NCBI GenBank assembly: GCA_032128875.1
Contig: JAVLKG010000006.1
Coordinates: 192,001-256,000 of the forward strand
DNA: 64,000 nt
From: Candidatus Melainabacteria bacterium 17Bon1m
GTDB lineage: Bacteria; Cyanobacteriota; Vampirovibrionia; Obscuribacterales; Obscuribacteraceae
Direction of reading: 5' to 3'
The notes under the pieces: generated by a model
Databases searched by the model: none
What the model was told of the DNA's origin: nothing
What the model saw: only the letters and a program-made list of their open reading frames with translations
Translations under genes and position numbers: made by a program
Shown: piece by piece, positions 37,982-47,719 of the stretch
Layout: each line of letters opens with the position of its first letter
Position numbering within the stretch: position 1 is the stretch's first letter

Positions 37982-40655
37982 GGTAATGTCGTCAGATCCA
38001 ATAGCACAGGTTATACCGCTTTTCGACCCGGAATCAGAGTTTGCAAAAAGAGCTCTGGGCATGCTTATCGCCGAGATGTCCGGCGTCAAAAAAGAGATGC
38101 CGCTAGCCGCGGTCGATATTCAAGCCAAGGTTGCCGACCGTATTAGCGATGTCACTGTAATTCAGAAGTTTCGCAATACATTTAAAGACCACCTTGAGGC
38201 GGTATACATCTTTCCTCTGGCACATTCAGCGGTTGTTACTTCATTTGAAATGCGCGTTGGAACTCGCGTTGTAAAAGGCGAAGTGAAAGAACGCAAGCAG
38301 GCTCGTCAGGACTATCAAGCTGCGCTCACAGAGGGAAAGCGCACCGCTCTGATGGAGCAAGAGCGCGATGATGTTTTCACAATGCAAGTCGGCAATATCG
38401 CGCCCGGCGAAGAAGTCAGTGTAGAGCTTAAATACTCTGAGCGCTTGCCGTTTTTCGAAGATGGCTCTTGCGAAATCAGATTGCCTCTAGTGGTAGCGCC
38501 ACGGTACATTGCAGGTCGAGCCGTCGATCGAAACTCTGTCGGCATGGGAACCGAAGTCGATACTGATCAAGTTCCTGACGCATCACGCATAACTCCTCCA
38601 CGTCTGGTAAAAGGCGCAAAAGATAATGTCCAACTGTCAGTTTCTGTTGAACTTTTGCAATCGGCTGATGGCAGTTTTAACGTCAAAGATTTGAGTTCGT
38701 CTCAGCATGTGGTTGGAACTTCATTGAGTGATGGCAGCATAAAAGTCGAGCTGTCGAAAGAAGACGAGCTGATGAACAGAGACTTCATCCTCAAATGGGT
38801 TGCCGCAGAAAAGAAATTGAAACCGAATCTCGTCACTTATACTGACGCGAGCGGTAATACATATTGCATGCTGACGGTCATGTCTCCCAAACAAGATAAA
38901 TTTCTTGGCGTGCCGAGAGATGTGATCTTTATTGTCGATCGTTCCGGTTCTATGGGCGGGTCGAAAATGGCATCAGCAGCCAAATCATGTTCAATACTTT
39001 TGGATACTTTAGGACCCCAAGATCGTTTTGCGATCTGCGCATTTGACGATATGAACGAATGGATGCAACCGCATACAGAATGGACCAGCAGTGTCTCCGG
39101 CAAATTTGTCGGTGCCGACGAATCCGGAATCGAAAGTGGCAAAGCTTATTTGCGCACGATTACCGCTCGCGGCGGCACTGAATTGGAACCGGCTCTGGCT
39201 GAAGCGCTTGGCGAATTTAAATACGGGAAAAGAGCGGATGCATCTGGAATTATCGTCATCTTGACCGACGGTCAAGTAGGCAACGAATCGTTTGTCTACA
39301 AGCGCCTGCAGGATGATCTTGGCGATGCGCGTGTGTTCACCGTCGGTATCGACACTGCAGTCAATGGCGGAATATTGACTCGCATGGCGACATTGGGCGG
39401 TGGCACATCTGCGCTTGTCACACCAGGTGCAAAACTTGAAAAAGCGCTCGGACAAATTGGCCGCGAGATTGGTGTTCCGGTGTTGACCAGTCTGAAACTG
39501 GAAGCAGTGTCGGGCAATTTGGAGGCAGATACAATCACGCCTGCTGCCCTGCCCGATCTTTTCAGAGGTCGCGCCTCGACGATCTTTTTCAAGATGTCTC
39601 AAGGCATTTTGAGCGGCAAAGGCAAAAAGAAGATTCGTGTGAAAGGCATTCTCGCCGACGGAACCGCATATGTCGAGGAAGTTACCGAAAAGCGTGTTGA
39701 GCTGCAGGCAGTGGCATCGCTCTATGCAAAATCGCTCATTCGCGATTTAGAAGATGCGCTCCGCGAAGGCATTGGACATTCAAGTTCAATTTCCAAACGC
39801 ATGATCGATGTTTCAATTGCGCACTCCGTTCTTTGCAGGCTGACTGCCTTTGTGGCAGTTGACCATGCTGAGGTGACGAACAAAGATGGCAGCAAACGTA
39901 CTGTTGTTCAGCCTGTTCATCAACCGGCAGAGTGGGAAGAATTTGACCAAGGAAGCTTGAAACATCTGTCCGCAAGATCTGTCGGCGCTAGAGGAGCTAT
40001 GCAAGGATTTGCCGGGGGCATAGGCTCCTATGGAAGTCCACTGCCTGGCGCTGCTCCGGCTCAGCCCTCTGCCCAACAACAGAGTGGTTGGGGTTCTACA
40101 ACCGGCTCTTTTGGCGCACCCGCAGGAGGTAACTCTTCTAATTTCGGTATGCCGCCTTTCCTTGGTGGAGTTCAGCCGCCTCAAGCACCTGGTGGCGGTC
40201 AAGTAAGCGGTGGTCAGCCACCAGCGTCGTTCGGTTCAGCAGGAGCATGGGGACAGCCAATTCAAGAACGCTCGAAAGAAGCGGGCAAACCACAATCGCC
40301 TGCTCCCGCAGAATTAATTACAGCACTTGCGAATTTAATTGTCGCAATCGGCGCTGTCGTCAATGCTTTCTCTTCGGGGACTCAACCTGATTGGAAACAG
40401 TTGGAGGATGCTAGAGCTTTGTGTTTGAAGACTTTGCAGTCGTCTCGCTTTGCTGCTAGCGCTCCAAAACTACAGCAATTCCTCCGTACAGAGGCAATCG
40501 AATGTGTTGCTGCAATCAAAGCGGGTGGATTGACAGGAGAAGTTGTAGAACGAGTAAAACGGGCCCTTGTGTCTTTGGAAAACGAAATTGATTCCATAAA
40601 AGCGAACAAAGAGCCTGTTGTCTCTGCAGGCAACTTCTGGGAAAACTCGATCTAG
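37971..40655 (+). CDS. VIT + vWA domain protein (ITI/vault-like)
   Basis: LEAVYIFPL, LPLVVAPRY, NRDFIL, MIDAS DRSGSM, GGTE, LTDGQV; Gly/Pro/Gln-rich tail. Confidence 0.9.
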   Translation: MEVKVMSSDPIAQVIPLFDPESEFAKRALGMLIAEMSGVKKEMPLAAVDIQAKVADRISDVTVIQKFRNTFKDHLEAVYIFPLAHSAVVTSFEMRVGTRVVKGEVKERKQARQDYQAALTEGKRTALMEQERDDVFTMQVGNIAPGEEVSVELKYSERLPFFEDGSCEIRLPLVVAPRYIAGRAVDRNSVGMGTEVDTDQVPDASRITPPRLVKGAKDNVQLSVSVELLQSADGSFNVKDLSSSQHVVGTSLSDGSIKVELSKEDELMNRDFILKWVAAEKKLKPNLVTYTDASGNTYCMLTVMSPKQDKFLGVPRDVIFIVDRSGSMGGSKMASAAKSCSILLDTLGPQDRFAICAFDDMNEWMQPHTEWTSSVSGKFVGADESGIESGKAYLRTITARGGTELEPALAEALGEFKYGKRADASGIIVILTDGQVGNESFVYKRLQDDLGDARVFTVGIDTAVNGGILTRMATLGGGTSALVTPGAKLEKALGQIGREIGVPVLTSLKLEAVSGNLEADTITPAALPDLFRGRASTIFFKMSQGILSGKGKKKIRVKGILADGTAYVEEVTEKRVELQAVASLYAKSLIRDLEDALREGIGHSSSISKRMIDVSIAHSVLCRLTAFVAVDHAEVTNKDGSKRTVVQPVHQPAEWEEFDQGSLKHLSARSVGARGAMQGFAGGIGSYGSPLPGAAPAQPSAQQQSGWGSTTGSFGAPAGGNSSNFGMPPFLGGVQPPQAPGGGQVSGGQPPASFGSAGAWGQPIQERSKEAGKPQSPAPAELITALANLIVAIGAVVNAFSSGTQPDWKQLEDARALCLKTLQSSRFAASAPKLQQFLRTEAIECVAAIKAGGLTGEVVERVKRALVSLENEIDSIKANKEPVVSAGNFWENSI

Positions 40656-40680
40656 TTTAAAACTCCGTTGTGCGTTAAAG

Positions 40681-40715
40681 AAAGAAGCTGGAGAAATCCA
40701 GCTTCTTTCGCTTTT
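40681..40715 (+). terminator. Rho-independent terminator
   Basis: AAAGAAGCTGGA-GAAA-TCCAGCTTCTTT then CGCTTTT, between convergent genes. Confidence 0.8.
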
Positions 40716-40736
40716 GAAATTGAAACCTGGCCGCCC

Positions 40737-41628
40737 TCATTGCGCTTCAGGTCGTGTTGTCATCACGCTACGGTCTATCATCGGCTGTCCGTGTTGTTGG
40801 CGATAGAGCATGAACCAGCTAGGTACTTTGGGATCTTCACCCATAAGAATTTCTATGCACCGCATTCCCTGCGTCGGATTGAATTTGCCGATGCCACCGG
40901 GATAATTCTCTAATGCTCTTATGAAGTCCTTATTTGCTCTTGCTACCTGCTGTTCGAGAGATTCGTCTACATGAATGGTTTCTGTAGTGACACCAAATCT
41001 AGTGCTTTTGAAATCGAGCGTTGCGGGGTTTCCATTTTCATCTCTAGTCACTTTTAAATATGGTGCCTTTGATAGAGGATTGCTTCCATCTTCTGAAAGC
41101 TGTCTCAATACCTGCTCTCTGAATTGTGGCGGTTCTTTCATGAGTTTTTCAAGTTGTATTCTAACGTCCAGCTTTGCTTGTTCATCTTGATCTAAAGACC
41201 GTGTGATAAGTTGTTCTATTTGCTTGGCCTGAACTTCCGGATGGTTCAATCTGTCGGCTTCTTTCGCCTGTCTTTCCGCTCGTGTTTCCTTTTCAATCTT
41301 TCGAAATTCTCTCCAGGTATCGTCGCCTTCAAAATCCACCTTCGGCAAATGTTTTTCTGCAGCAGTTTGAACCGGCGCGGTGCAATAGTCATTGTAAGGC
41401 TCGCGATTGCCTTTATTTATAAGGTGCCAGCCATGACCGTCATTTTGAATACTAAGATCTGGAATATTGTCGGATGGGTCCTGGATTTTATTGAGCTGTC
41501 TGAACGCTGCCATTTGGCGGTCTGTCGACCAACTCTGGAAAATACAGTCTGCATTCAATCCTTTAGAAGTTGCATCTATTAAATGGCGAGCATCATCAAA
41601 CGGCTCTTGCGAAGATTCAACTGGCATA
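40737..41628 (-). CDS. Hypothetical protein
   Basis: Long ORF; likely start MPVESSQ near 41628 after GGAG (track start 41795); no recognised family. Confidence 0.55.
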
Positions 41629-41646
41629 TTTAACTCCAGTATCAAT

Positions 41647-41684
41647 ATATAAGTGATGTGGCTGGATATAAGTGATGTGCCTGG
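41647..41684. repeat. 19-bp tandem direct repeat
   Basis: ATATAAGTGATGTGGCTGG / ATATAAGTGATGTGCCTGG. Confidence 0.85.
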
Positions 41685-42069
41685 GAGAAGTGGGAAGTCT
41701 TCGCGGTTCTTGGTGTTCCGCTCTAACACTTCGAACCTTACGCTTGATGCGTGAAATAAATGTGTCGCGTCCGTGAAATTTTCGTGGAACGACAATATGG
41801 CGCGTTATTTTGCGCAATTCCACGTTTTTTCCACAACTTAAATGGACAATCATATTCTCCCCGGGAACAATGGCGGCTGAAAATTGTCTTTGCATTCAGC
41901 AAACGAAAAGCGCAACCCTGAGAGCCGGTGAAAGCCACCGGGAACAATGTTCTCTAGGCTTGCCGAATCGTGTTCGAAAGATTTACCGCAAGTAGTCTAA
42001 GAGACTTGGTCCAAGTAAATCAGTCCTCAAACCTAGTCCAAGGAATCCCAAGTAGATAGGTGAACCAAA

Positions 42070-42255
42070 ATGTTGTTTCCAGAAAAAGAGAACGAGTTTG
42101 AAGTTTCCAGCGAGACAGTCATCAATCTGACATCTCAGGTCACAGAGAATGAGTTGGAACAGCTCCTCTCTAGCAAAAATGATGTCGCGGAGTCATGCCC
42201 TGGTGGCGTTTGCCAGCTTAACTGGCGTCCGGCTCGCCGCTCTCAAGCCGCATAA
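42070..42255 (+). CDS. 61-aa acidic peptide with C-terminal CPGGVC motif
   Basis: AGGTGA RBS; stands alone in a long intergenic region. Confidence 0.6.
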   Translation: MLFPEKENEFEVSSETVINLTSQVTENELEQLLSSKNDVAESCPGGVCQLNWRPARRSQAA

Positions 42256-42588
42256 CCTACTCATGGCTGTGGATGCAAGTCTTTGCCCCCGCCTAAATCG
42301 CAAGTTTTCCAAATTTTTTAGACAGTCACGTTGGTGTTATATTTCGTGAATAGGATATTGACGGTAGATCTCTAGCACTTCCCGCTAAAGCGCTACTGCC
42401 GGGTGTTCCAGGGCTGAACCAAGACTTGGTCAGGTTGGACGATTAGGTTAGTCACTAAGTCACTATTTAGTAATTTTGACCTAGTAATTTATCCTCATGC
42501 CACAACTTTTCCACACTTGTTCAATAGACTCTCAGGCACCCGCAGGAATCACCTGTCCATTCCCTTTCGCTTCTAAAAACTTACTACC

Positions 42589-43194
42589 GTGAACTTAATT
42601 ACTAAGAAAACCGCGTATGGCCGGTACGCTGCCCTTGTGGACTTAGCCACCGGACTTCAAACAAGCCTCCTTCTAGACGAAGTACGCATTGGTCGCTCGC
42701 GTGAAAACGACATTGTGCTGGAAAGCGACCTAACAGCTTCCCGCAAACAGGCGCGCATCACACGCGTCGGCGATTGCTATTTCCTTGAGGATCTTGCCAG
42801 CACTAATGGCACCCTTCTCAACGGAAAGCAAATCCACGGGCGCGTTTTGCTGAATCATGATGACGTTCTAAACCTGGGACGGCGCATTTACCTGTTCTCG
42901 ATGGTCGAGCCGGTCACCGAAGATGCGCCTACAGTCAACCTGGGCGACGGTTCAATGGTGTCGATTTTCCAGTCGGCACATCGAATGGTCTCTGAGGTGC
43001 TCAGCCACTTCAGTGCTAACAAGTCATACCCGGCGCGTTCCATGTCCTATGCGGAATCGCTGGCAAAGACGGTTCCGCAGTCAGGCACTAATCGCTTGGG
43101 GCAAGGAAAACTTTTCGCTTCTGCTTTGAAGCAGTATCAGAAGAGAAAACAGATGCCGTCCATTACGGATCCTCGGGTCCATGTACACCGCTAG
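42589..43194 (+). CDS. FHA domain protein
   Basis: IGRS, ASRKQA, LEDLASTNGTLLNG. Confidence 0.88.
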   Translation: MNLITKKTAYGRYAALVDLATGLQTSLLLDEVRIGRSRENDIVLESDLTASRKQARITRVGDCYFLEDLASTNGTLLNGKQIHGRVLLNHDDVLNLGRRIYLFSMVEPVTEDAPTVNLGDGSMVSIFQSAHRMVSEVLSHFSANKSYPARSMSYAESLAKTVPQSGTNRLGQGKLFASALKQYQKRKQMPSITDPRVHVHR

Positions 43195-43296
43195 TGTGTA
43201 GTGTCCGCGCCATGCGTCGACCGTTCAGTTGACACACTGTAGACATTGACGTTGCATATGGCGACGACCGGGCGATTTATTGCGTGCGCCTACAAG

Positions 43297-43896
43297 CTAC
43301 TTTTCGGCTGGTGGTGCACTCGAGGTTGGTGCTTTTTTCTCGCCCGGTTTTATCGGTGGCAGATCGACAGCTCTACATACAAAAGACAGGTTGCGACCTG
43401 AGCCTGTGCTGATCATGATGGCTTCGATTAGAGGCGGGTTTACCTCCTTGTCTCCTTGCCATTCGACTACAAAGCTGGCACCAGAACCACCGGAGGTGTC
43501 ATCGAGCCGCACGACAAAATCAGCAGTGGCCATAGGGTCCAGTAAGACCGGCTTAGGGACGTATTCTCTGATCAGTTTGCCAGTGTTTGATTGATATCTG
43601 ACCGACGAGATCACAATGGCATTTGCTTCGTCGGTGTTTCTAACACTCAAAGTTTCCGCCAAATTCAGCACTCTTTCACGGTCTTCCGTGTAAATGTGCG
43701 AGTAGACAGGCACATATGCGCGAGCATGTTTTGTAAAGGACGTGAGGGTTTTGGCGTCTACCTGCTTAAGATGCTTTTGCCAGCTCTCTGGGCTTTCGGA
43801 CTCAGATGAGGCTGACGAACCATCCTGATTACAACCCTGGAAAAGCAGGGCTGATACAGTGAGAACGGCTAAGGACGTCGTAAAAGTAAAACGCAT
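43297..43896 (-). CDS. DUF3124 family lipoprotein
   Basis: FQGC lipobox; YVPVYSHIY, LSVRNTD, GGSGASFVVEW, PLIEAIMI. Confidence 0.85.
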   Translation of the reverse strand: MRFTFTTSLAVLTVSALLFQGCNQDGSSASSESESPESWQKHLKQVDAKTLTSFTKHARAYVPVYSHIYTEDRERVLNLAETLSVRNTDEANAIVISSVRYQSNTGKLIREYVPKPVLLDPMATADFVVRLDDTSGGSGASFVVEWQGDKEVNPPLIEAIMISTGSGRNLSFVCRAVDLPPIKPGEKKAPTSSAPPAEK

Positions 43897-44240
43897 TGAC
43901 TATATCCTGGCGGTTTGCACTCTCTATTGTAGTGGCGTAAAGCTCGCTAAGGAACCGGCGGCGCCTGTTGGCGTCTACAAGTCAAGTGAATGGGGTGTGG
44001 CTGATGCCGACAGGGCAGTTTTGTTGCTTTATCGCTACAAATTTACGAAGTGAGAATTTGAGAAAAACCTTCTCGAGCCCTCAATATTCCGTACCTGACG
44101 GTCATTTTATAAATCAACCGCAATCCGTATTCTTGAAAACCGGAGCTGCACGTATAATAGGAGTACTTTAGATAGCTTCTATATTATTATTGAAGCCCGG
44201 TATCATCTAAGTCCCAAAACGTCCTCAGGAGCATCAAAGG

Positions 44241-45074
44241 GTGTCAAAAAACATATCCTTTTCGTGGTTAGCACGTTGCCGCTGGAACGTCCTCGACATG
44301 ATCAATGTGATCGGACGTGGGTCGGTTCCAACTTACATGTTTTACGAAATAGATATGACGTGGGCTGAACAGCTGCGTCTCGAGTTGAAGGAGAAAGGCA
44401 TCAAGGTTACTGCCACCGCCATTCTTTTGAAAGCAATCGGCATTGCCCAGCGTTTGCACCCCGCTAGCCGCACCGCAATTTTGCCCTGGGGGCGCACTGT
44501 GACTTTTAACGACATCGTCGCCGGTTTTACAGTTGAGCGTTATGTCGGACAACAACCGGCAGTTTTCTTTGGTTCTATTGAGTCACCAGATACCAAACCG
44601 CTCGTTCAAGTCGCGGAAGAACTGCGTGCATACGGCGAAGACGAAATTTCGACGGTTCCTCAATTGGACATCGAGGATCGCTTCAACAACATGCCATGGT
44701 TGTTCAGGCAGTTTATTCTTTGGTTGGGGCTGCGTTTTCCAAAAGTACGCTTGCGCTATATGGGTGCCACTTTTGGACTCTCATCGCTCGGCAAATTTGG
44801 TTGCCGCGGTTTGATTCCACCTTGCGTTAGCACTTCCACTTTTGGCGTCGGCACCATCGAACCTCGCGCTGTAGTCCGCGAAGGCGCGATTGTGGTTCGT
44901 CCGATGATGACCTTGATTCTCAACTTTGACCACCGTCTAATTGACGGCGGACCTGCTGCCCGATTCATGCAAGATGTGCAGAGACTGGTTGAAGGCGAGC
45001 TGCAAAGCCACATCGAAGAAGAATTGCGCTTGCTCGATTCTCAATCTAAATCGATGGCAACGTCTCCAGCGTAA
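44241..45074 (+). CDS. Stand-alone 2-oxoacid dehydrogenase E2-type acyltransferase catalytic domain
   Basis: TFGLSSLG, FDHRLIDGGPAARF; no lipoyl domain. Confidence 0.8.
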   Translation: MSKNISFSWLARCRWNVLDMINVIGRGSVPTYMFYEIDMTWAEQLRLELKEKGIKVTATAILLKAIGIAQRLHPASRTAILPWGRTVTFNDIVAGFTVERYVGQQPAVFFGSIESPDTKPLVQVAEELRAYGEDEISTVPQLDIEDRFNNMPWLFRQFILWLGLRFPKVRLRYMGATFGLSSLGKFGCRGLIPPCVSTSTFGVGTIEPRAVVREGAIVVRPMMTLILNFDHRLIDGGPAARFMQDVQRLVEGELQSHIEEELRLLDSQSKSMATSPA

Positions 45075-45088
45075 GACGCCATAAGTTA

Positions 45089-46285
45089 TTAGTTCTTATT
45101 CGAGTTCGTGTCCGGTGTCGGCGAACCGATTACTTTGCCTTGGACGGTGAGGTTTTCCGGTCCGACAAGCTTCAGAATTTCTGGCAAAGCCTTTTCAGCC
45201 GCGGCCACGCCAGCCGCGACTGCAGTTTTTGCGTCCTTGCGTTTTGTCGATACCATTCGAATGCCGTTAACGTCCGGGTGAATAACTATGTTTGCTAGCT
45301 TTACTGATTCCTGATCGACTTTCGCGAGGTGCAGGCAAATGACACGGTGCGCAACGCTGCCGAGTTTTTCAAATTCACTCATCGGCAATTCGTCGATGCG
45401 TTCATCAATATCTACGGCAATGATGATGTCTGCGCCCATATCGCGCACCTGCTGAGTGGGCAAGTTGACGAGCACACCACCGTCTACGAATAGTTTGTCC
45501 TCAATCTTCACTGGGCGGCGCAGCATTGGCAGTGCGCAACTAGCCTGCAATGCCCTGCCAAAATTGCCTTTGGACAAGGCGTAGGGCTTGCCATCGACCA
45601 GGTTGAGAGCAACTGCGCAAAACGGAATTTTGAAAGATTCGATGTTTTTGTCTTCGCACGGAAGTGATTTATCCATGTACTTGCGAAAAATGTTGCCGCG
45701 ATACAGACCATCGTATTGATGCGACCCGACTGCCTTCAGCGAAAGAAATGCGGGAGCCACAGCCAATCGCAAACCAATAGGCGCAGTCATAAAATGCTTC
45801 ATGAACAACCCGCGAGTGAATTTCTCCTCCATCTCGCAAATTGGAACACCAGCAGCATAAAGTCCACCGATTACCGAGCCCATGCTAGTGCCGGCGATGT
45901 AATCGACATGCACACCTTCCCGCTCGAGCACTTCCAATACACCAATGTGGGCTGCTCCGCGCATGCCACCGCCGCCGAGGGCAAGCCCGATTTTGGGGCG
46001 GCGTTTTTGTGAAACAACCACATCTGGCGAGCAAATGTTTGCTTTGTTTGCCTCGTTGAGCTGCTCGGCGGCTTCCTTCAACTGCGCGGTTGTTTCGTTT
46101 AACTGCGCGGTTGTTTCATTCAACTGCTCAGTAATTGAGTCGAGCTGCTTTGATGTGAGATGTGCTTGGGCTAGAGCCGGAGCCGGATTGAGAGTGAAGG
46201 CAGAAAATTGAACAGTCAAAAACGCTGCTGTGAGGCAGGTGTACGGCTTTCGTGCTGTGACTGTTTTCTTTATGTCCAACTCCAT
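45089..46285 (-). CDS. Patatin-like phospholipase, probably exported
   Basis: GGGGMRG, GTSMG, DGG motifs; PALA signal-like segment; QLNETTA heptads; start moved to ATG 46285. Confidence 0.9.
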   Translation of the reverse strand: MELDIKKTVTARKPYTCLTAAFLTVQFSAFTLNPAPALAQAHLTSKQLDSITEQLNETTAQLNETTAQLKEAAEQLNEANKANICSPDVVVSQKRRPKIGLALGGGGMRGAAHIGVLEVLEREGVHVDYIAGTSMGSVIGGLYAAGVPICEMEEKFTRGLFMKHFMTAPIGLRLAVAPAFLSLKAVGSHQYDGLYRGNIFRKYMDKSLPCEDKNIESFKIPFCAVALNLVDGKPYALSKGNFGRALQASCALPMLRRPVKIEDKLFVDGGVLVNLPTQQVRDMGADIIIAVDIDERIDELPMSEFEKLGSVAHRVICLHLAKVDQESVKLANIVIHPDVNGIRMVSTKRKDAKTAVAAGVAAAEKALPEILKLVGPENLTVQGKVIGSPTPDTNSNKN

Positions 46286-47487
46286 TGCATACGAATCGGG
46301 ATTGTCCAACCTAGTTTGGCAATTGCCTCGTCCACAGTGAGGGTTGTTTTGACGCACATTTTCAGCAGTTCGATTGCTTGTTCGGACGAGAGCAGACCTT
46401 CTTTATAGAGAGACTGCGTACGCAAAACGCTGTAGAGCATCTGATCATTGATTATATTTGCATCGAGTAATTTTTTGCCGACTCTGACAGGTTTTTCTCC
46501 CTCTGAGGCGATCTTCTCGATAATGGCACGGTCTGCGACTTTGGCTGCCACAAGTAGGTCGCCAAAACGCATCAATTCTGCTTGAACTTGCGGCGGTGGG
46601 TTTAATTCTGCCATAGCCTGGTAAACGCCGATGTTCTTAATCTTGCAATTCCGTAGCGCTTCGGCCGCCTGATATGGTTTTAGATAACTCTGCACAAGAT
46701 CGAGCATGGTCATCGCCGATTCGAGCAATGAATGAGTCACCAATCCATTGTCCAGAAGAAGCTTGGTCAGTGGCACTTCGAGCAACACTTCATGCTCAAG
46801 CAAGTCCATCAAATCGGACTCCGAAACGACCATCGACATGGCGAGAAGTTCCGGCAGCCGCAGGCTGGCGCCCGAGCAGTCTTTGTGAATTCCCTGCTCG
46901 AACATGATCTGCCAAACAGAATGGCGTTTGTCGCATGCTATCCGCAGCGCTCTGACGGCATCATCGCGGGCAACCTTCTCTTCCCGTACAAGTTTGAGCA
47001 GCGTAATCGATTCGAGCACTACGCGGCGGCTTTGGTAGCGCATAAACACGATCGAACGCGTGAGCGGCATGCCCGTTTCATTCGCTTTCTTAATTGCACT
47101 GGCGAGCTGGTCCATAGTGAGAGCCGTGGCATCTACCATGAGCTCCGTCAGAGCATTTGTCTCAACTTTGGGCGGCGGCGGTCTGTCCAACACTATGCCC
47201 ATCATGGTGAGCGCCTCGAGAATTGAAAACTCATTCTGTCTTGCGCAGATGACCGCTGCTACTGCCGTGTCTACATTGATCTTTTCGGCTTTAACGAGCT
47301 CGTGCGCGTCCATTGCAAAACGCAGCGTCTGCTCGGTAGAGTGGCGCAGGATGAGGATAGCCTGGCTCAGAGACATGCCCAGCTTTTTGGCTGTAGCCAT
47401 CGCTTCCTGAGCTTCTTCAGGACCGACAATCTTTGCCGAGACAACTATTTGGTAAAAGGGATCGACCTGAGTCGTTCGTTCTTGCAT
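46270..47487 (-). CDS. Protein built of degenerate MshEN-like repeats
   Basis: RLPELL, PLTKLLLDNGLV, RFGDLL, RVGKKLLDANII...LRTQ. Confidence 0.6.
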   Translation of the reverse strand: MQERTTQVDPFYQIVVSAKIVGPEEAQEAMATAKKLGMSLSQAILILRHSTEQTLRFAMDAHELVKAEKINVDTAVAAVICARQNEFSILEALTMMGIVLDRPPPPKVETNALTELMVDATALTMDQLASAIKKANETGMPLTRSIVFMRYQSRRVVLESITLLKLVREEKVARDDAVRALRIACDKRHSVWQIMFEQGIHKDCSGASLRLPELLAMSMVVSESDLMDLLEHEVLLEVPLTKLLLDNGLVTHSLLESAMTMLDLVQSYLKPYQAAEALRNCKIKNIGVYQAMAELNPPPQVQAELMRFGDLLVAAKVADRAIIEKIASEGEKPVRVGKKLLDANIINDQMLYSVLRTQSLYKEGLLSSEQAIELLKMCVKTTLTVDEAIAKLGWTIPIRMQWSWT

Positions 47488-47719
47488 GTTTCACCGTCGC
47501 CTTTCATGGGTCAGGCTGGGTTGGGGTAGTAATAGGTCGCCATCGAACGTATAAAAAGAGATTCCATCTACCTTATTCCACCGGAATCCGTCTAATCTAC
47601 GCCGTAGAGAGGGGCAACAAGATTTAACGAACGCTATTTGCGTCCTATAACCAACGTTTTGTAGCGCACAGTGTTGGTCGGATGGCTGACCCCATGGCGC
47701 TTAGAGGTGTTTGGTCGCT

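Noticed and set aside
41895-41970. Resemblance to a c-di-GMP-I riboswitch (GCAAAC...TTGCCGAA)
   Set aside because: Lacks the P2 GNRA stem and receptor elements; kept only as a generic structure candidate
41783-42515. DnaA-box-like TTTTCCACA (41827, 42507) suggesting oriC
   Set aside because: Only two good boxes about 680 bp apart, no clear unwinding element, no dnaA/dnaN nearby
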